Positions 59,661 to 64,000 of a stretch of DNA of 64,000 nt are shown here, piece after piece. The stretch is from Hormiphora californensis. Taxonomy: Eukaryota > Animalia > Ctenophora. Both the position numbers and the translations under genes were made by a program. The stretch is from the NCBI GenBank assembly GCA_020137815.1, contig CM035359.1, forward strand, positions 6,572,001-6,636,000, read 5' to 3'. The notes under the pieces were generated by a model. It was not told where the DNA came from, did no database searches, and worked only from the letters and a program-made list of their open reading frames with translations. Within the stretch, counting starts at the first letter, position 1, and each line of letters opens with the position of its first letter.

Positions 59661-60200
59661 GTTTCGACTGTTTTTTCTTACACGGGCCCCCAGACTTTCA
59701 AAAATCAAACACGGACCCCTCTGCGATCATATTTCGGGCCGGGGGTAAACCCACTAATTGACCGGTTATTTTTTATTTTTAGAAGGAGCCCGTTTAAAAA
59801 TTATGCATTTTGTTTACAGACGTTAGTTAAAACTGAAGAGGACTTCTTTTGTCAAACTTTTGTTTAATAGTATTTGATTTTTAAAAACTGAATCAACTCT
59901 TTTTTCCCGATGCCTATTTCACGCTAACATACGCGGACCAGTTCGGAGGCCAACATGGGCCCCCACTCCAAGCACTACTTTACCGCGGTCGGTGTCACCA
60001 GCCCGTCAGGGTTGGGACAACACTTCTCGGACTAACTATATCATTGCATCTTTATCTATCTCCCTCTCTATATCCATACCATCTCTCTCGTCACTGATGA
60101 ACCGTGTGTGGTACGGCCTATCCAATTCCAATCACGATGCGTCAAGTAATATAAACTGTGGATGTCGGGAGACTGTTCACGGGAGAGAAAGAAAGAGATA

Positions 60201-60269
<69 letters not shown>

Positions 60270-60371
60270 GAAGACAGAGAGAAATGGAGTGGAAGTAAGT
60301 AATTGCCACGTTGAAGCATAACCTAGCTTGTAGACTTCTTATTGCTTTTTAACCTTTTCTCTCCCGTTTTC

Positions 60372-60513
60372 GAGAGAGATAGAGAGAGAGATAGAGAGAT
60401 AGAGAGATAGAGAGATAGAGAGATAGAGAGATAGAGAGATAGAGAGATAGAGAGATAGAGAGATAGAGAGATAGAGAGATAGAGAGATAGAGAGATAGAG
60501 AGATAGAGAGAGA
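60372..60513. repeat. (AGAGAGAT)n octamer microsatellite
   Basis: Regular 8-bp periodicity visible directly. Confidence 0.9.
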
Positions 60514-61350
60514 GTTAATGTGTGTGAATGCGTGTGTTCAAATGACCTCTTGTAGTAAACTCCATGTGTGTAGTTCAACTCTTTTGTTTGGACGTTTTGT
60601 TCCTCATTTACTTTCTGTGTATAAAGTTTCACGCTGTACTTCCATTTTACTTTATCCAAAATTTAAATTGGAAAATTGATATTAAATAGTTTGGTTCGGC
60701 TACTGGGCGAATTTGTATAACTCGAATACAACTGTACATGTATTGCTGGAAGAGATGGGGAAGGGATACTCTGTGTATTATACCTTATGCACCGAGTAAG
60801 AGAGCCAATTAAAGAAAGAGATTGGGCCGGGGAAGAGCTATATTTGTCTAAAGAATGTGCTATGGGGGGAAGAGGTATATAAGCTGTGGGTAGCTAATAA
60901 TTGTATTGTTTGTTAAACTACACGATCCCTTCTCACTAGTCTATCGGTGTGATATATATGCATCAATATCTATAGGATCGTCAAATGTATGTGTTTCTTT
61001 ACCGATAGATTTTATACAATGAATGTATATAACATGGACATTTAAAATTGACAGAATTAGAAGAAATAATTGTGCTTGTGGCTTGCGGTTTATAAGTATG
61101 GTATATATTTAACATTTCAACTCGACACCACACTGTCCACAAGTGACTTCGCCGATATATTCTCTTTGTTCTACCGAGTAATATGACATCTATACTCTTA
61201 GATAGTTTATATCTACTACAGCTGATCTTCATAAACACGTGATCACTGTTCAACAATGAACACGTGTTTCTGAATGGAGAGTATTTTTTTCTGGCTTACT
61301 ATGATCTTTCACTTTGTCTATTATCTTGTCATAGCTTGAGTCACTATCTT

Positions 61351-61405
<55 letters not shown>

Positions 61406-61413
61406 CTCTCTCA

Positions 61414-61456
<43 letters not shown>

Positions 61457-64000
61457 ATTCTGTGAGTGTTTCAATGTAATTAGCTAGATATATAATTATA
61501 CCGTTTTTTATTTTCTGTCACTATCTCTTTCTCTCTTTATTGTTGTCTACCTATATTTCTCTTTTTCTCTCTTTTTCATTTCATTTCTTGCTATCAAGTT
61601 GGCCCACCAAAATTAACAACTCTCTCTCTCTCTCTTTCTTTTCCTTCTCCCTTTCTCTCTCTCTCTATCTTATTAATATATGCTGTATGTCTGTCTGTCT
61701 GGTGCTTTCCGTTATTTGTTGGGGCAATATGTATTATATGCGTGATGAGCTAGTAGATGTGTACTGCGTAGACCTGATCTGTTCGCGAGGTTCCGTACCT
61801 TCTTCGATACGATAGGGTGCAGATCTAAGCACCATATAGCTCCATGTCCTGTGTCCATGTCCAATTTGGTAATGAAATTACCCCTTCGCGAAAGCTCACG
61901 GTATGCAATAATAGGGGTGACTTAGTAACCAAATGTCCAATATCCAACAGAGAACGAAAAACTATAATTCTGTTTCCTGTATCCCCTGTAATTATGTTGA
62001 AATCAACGTATCTCCGGGAGGGTTAATGGCAGAAGGGCACACGAAGATATTTCAATTTATTAACCGTCACTTGGGTGGTGGTCGAGTGGTCATCTATCTT
62101 GTTCATAGTTCATACTTCACACTTGGCAATATATATCAAATTGTCAAGATAAGGATTGACTTCAAAGTTCCCCCTTACTTCGTAGATTAATCAACCTGCA
62201 TTTCCACACTTTTCATTATGTTGGGGTTATTATCTTGTCGCCGCCCCACCCTTTTTAGTTTCTCCTATAGAAATTGTCAACGTTAAATGTGTCATTTTTT
62301 AAAGTCGGTTTCTTGATTCCCGATCATCTTTCCTTTCATTCTCTTTCCCTCTGTCTACAGCTCTATCTCTCTCTTGTTCCTACCTACATCTTACTTTAGA
62401 AAGCCACCTGGGTTTTTACTCTCCCTGTGATGTATATATTTAGCTGTCAGTATGGTAAATATACTCTGCACTCACAGATCATCCATCCATCTCTCCCTCC
62501 CTCCCTCCCTATCTAGCTTTCTGATTCCCTCGCTCTCTCGCTCCCGCCCTCTCTCTATATGAACGACAGTTTTATAGCGAATCCGGGACTTGTCAACCGT
62601 TGAAATGGTGTATTTAAAGAACTTGACTCATACAATTCACTGTCACATCCTGCAATAAAGATTGTAAATATCATGATAGCAAAAAAAATCCCTTTCTCTT
62701 TTCCCAGGTCCCTCTATCCATCTCCATTCTTCCTCACTTTCATTCTCAATCTCCCCCTGGCCCTTTCCTTTCCATATCCTTCTTTTTCTCCATCCCCTCT
62801 GTATTCTTTTAAAACATTTCTCTGTGTGCTGTATATATGCCTTGCAATTATCCATGTTTCACTTCGCTCACGTTTAATTATCCCATCTTCTCTTTAAATT
62901 ATCCGATTATAATCCGACTACCTTTGTTTCAGCATTATCTCTTTTAGTATTTAAGCGCAGATTTGCGCTAATCGTTGCTTTAATTTCGAATTCTGTGGAT
63001 ACGCCTTTCAGATTTTTCTCTCTCGCTTGTAATTATATTACGTTATTGTTGTCTTTTTATTCTCGACATTTTAAAACATGCAATAGAACATATCCGAACA
63101 AATCAGAATACACAATTTGGCCTATATTAATTGATATATCTCACCTATAAAACTAAATGCAGCACAATGGGCCGTCTCCGATGGTTGACATGCTGCAGCC
63201 GGGTGACGGGGGGTCCCACCACCCCTACCAACCATCACGGCTACACAAGATCAATTCCGGATACCAGCAGGGACCAGCAGCCGGGGAATACAACTGCACG
63301 GTCACCTATGTATAAAATTAAAGAGGTAAAGCAATGTAAACACATGTTAACCCCAATGTAAACTACCAATTTTAATTGGTTTAGCACCGGCAGTACCGTT
63401 TTTGCGAAAGCTGGGACTTTTCACCCAGGATTGATTGAAATGTGACTCGTACATTTCACAATATATCGTCAATAAATAGTTTTACGTTGCAGTTGATGAA
63501 CGTTTGATACATCTAAACATCTTTGTTTGTCTTGTTTTAATTGTTCATTCTTTGAATTACTTCCCGTATTTTCCACTCTTCGTCTGAGAATTCCTTATTT
63601 TCACCCGCCAGTTGGGATTAAAACGATTACACACATGTGCTAAATAGATGTCCCAGTTGTGAGACCCTTCTAAGACTATATTTGTAGATTAAAACCATCA
63701 AAATAGCTCCTCCTCCTTCTCAAGACTATTTTTAGACCTGACAACTAGATGGAGCGGCCGGCCCCTTCACCCTTGTAATAGCCTGCCATCACCAGGAAGC
63801 CTTGTTGTTTATGAAGATCACCAAATTAGGTCCTATAAGATCTGTTCTAAAAATAGAACGTATATCTGGACTATCTGGACCTCTGCGCTTCTTTTGAACT
63901 ATCAACGTAAATAGGCGTTTCTTTCCCATGGAAAGCCCCACGTCTGAATTGACAATCTGGCTGATAGGCTGCTCGAGAATTTCTGAAAGCGCGTTTTTAA

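Larger units (their letters stand above)
56619..60022 (+). mobile_element. Penelope-like retroelement (RT + GIY-YIG) in partial-tandem form, with an inverted 5' segment and a 15-bp TSD
   Basis: TSD cttctcggactaact at 56604-56618 and 60023-60037. Direct repeat ~56820-57502 / 59108-59769. Inverted repeat 56620-56820 / 59785-59974. Confidence 0.92.

Noticed and set aside
61205-61232. Peptide MKISCSRY shared with the upstream in-frame extension of the GPCR ORF at 29354
   Set aside because: The match is only 8 codons, lies upstream of the likely GPCR ATG and does not extend; treated as coincidence.
63530-64000. Coding-like minus-strand stretch at the window end
   Set aside because: Stops in the frames examined and no recognisable motif.

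Overview
This is repeat-rich animal genomic DNA, probably a ctenophore (Pleurobrachia-like). That assignment is an inference from the GPCR types, short introns, dense (CT)n/(GA)n tracts and a short repeat I recall from Pleurobrachia gene models. Four protein-coding loci are supported. (1) A minus-strand LDLa-repeat GPCR with no LRR region, carrying a 1-nt frameshift (5329-8588). (2) A hand-assembled 16-exon gene (17131-33694, about 672 aa) for a Syk/ZAP-70-like SH2-SH2-tyrosine kinase-fold protein that has lost HRD, DFG and APE, i.e. a pseudokinase. (3) and (4) Inside its 7.8-kb intron, a solo LINE-ORF1-like ORF and a convergent intronless rhodopsin-type GPCR; the same intron also holds a Polinton-like polB remnant and nested foldback elements. 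The rest is mobile DNA: two CR1/L2-type LINEs, a multi-level nest including a Helitron whose empty site is visible, poly-G-ended TIR elements with 8-bp TSDs, several MITEs and SINEs, and a TSD-bounded Penelope-like element with a minimal hammerhead ribozyme. Several kb-long tracts look like low-quality, homopolymer-inflated consensus sequence.
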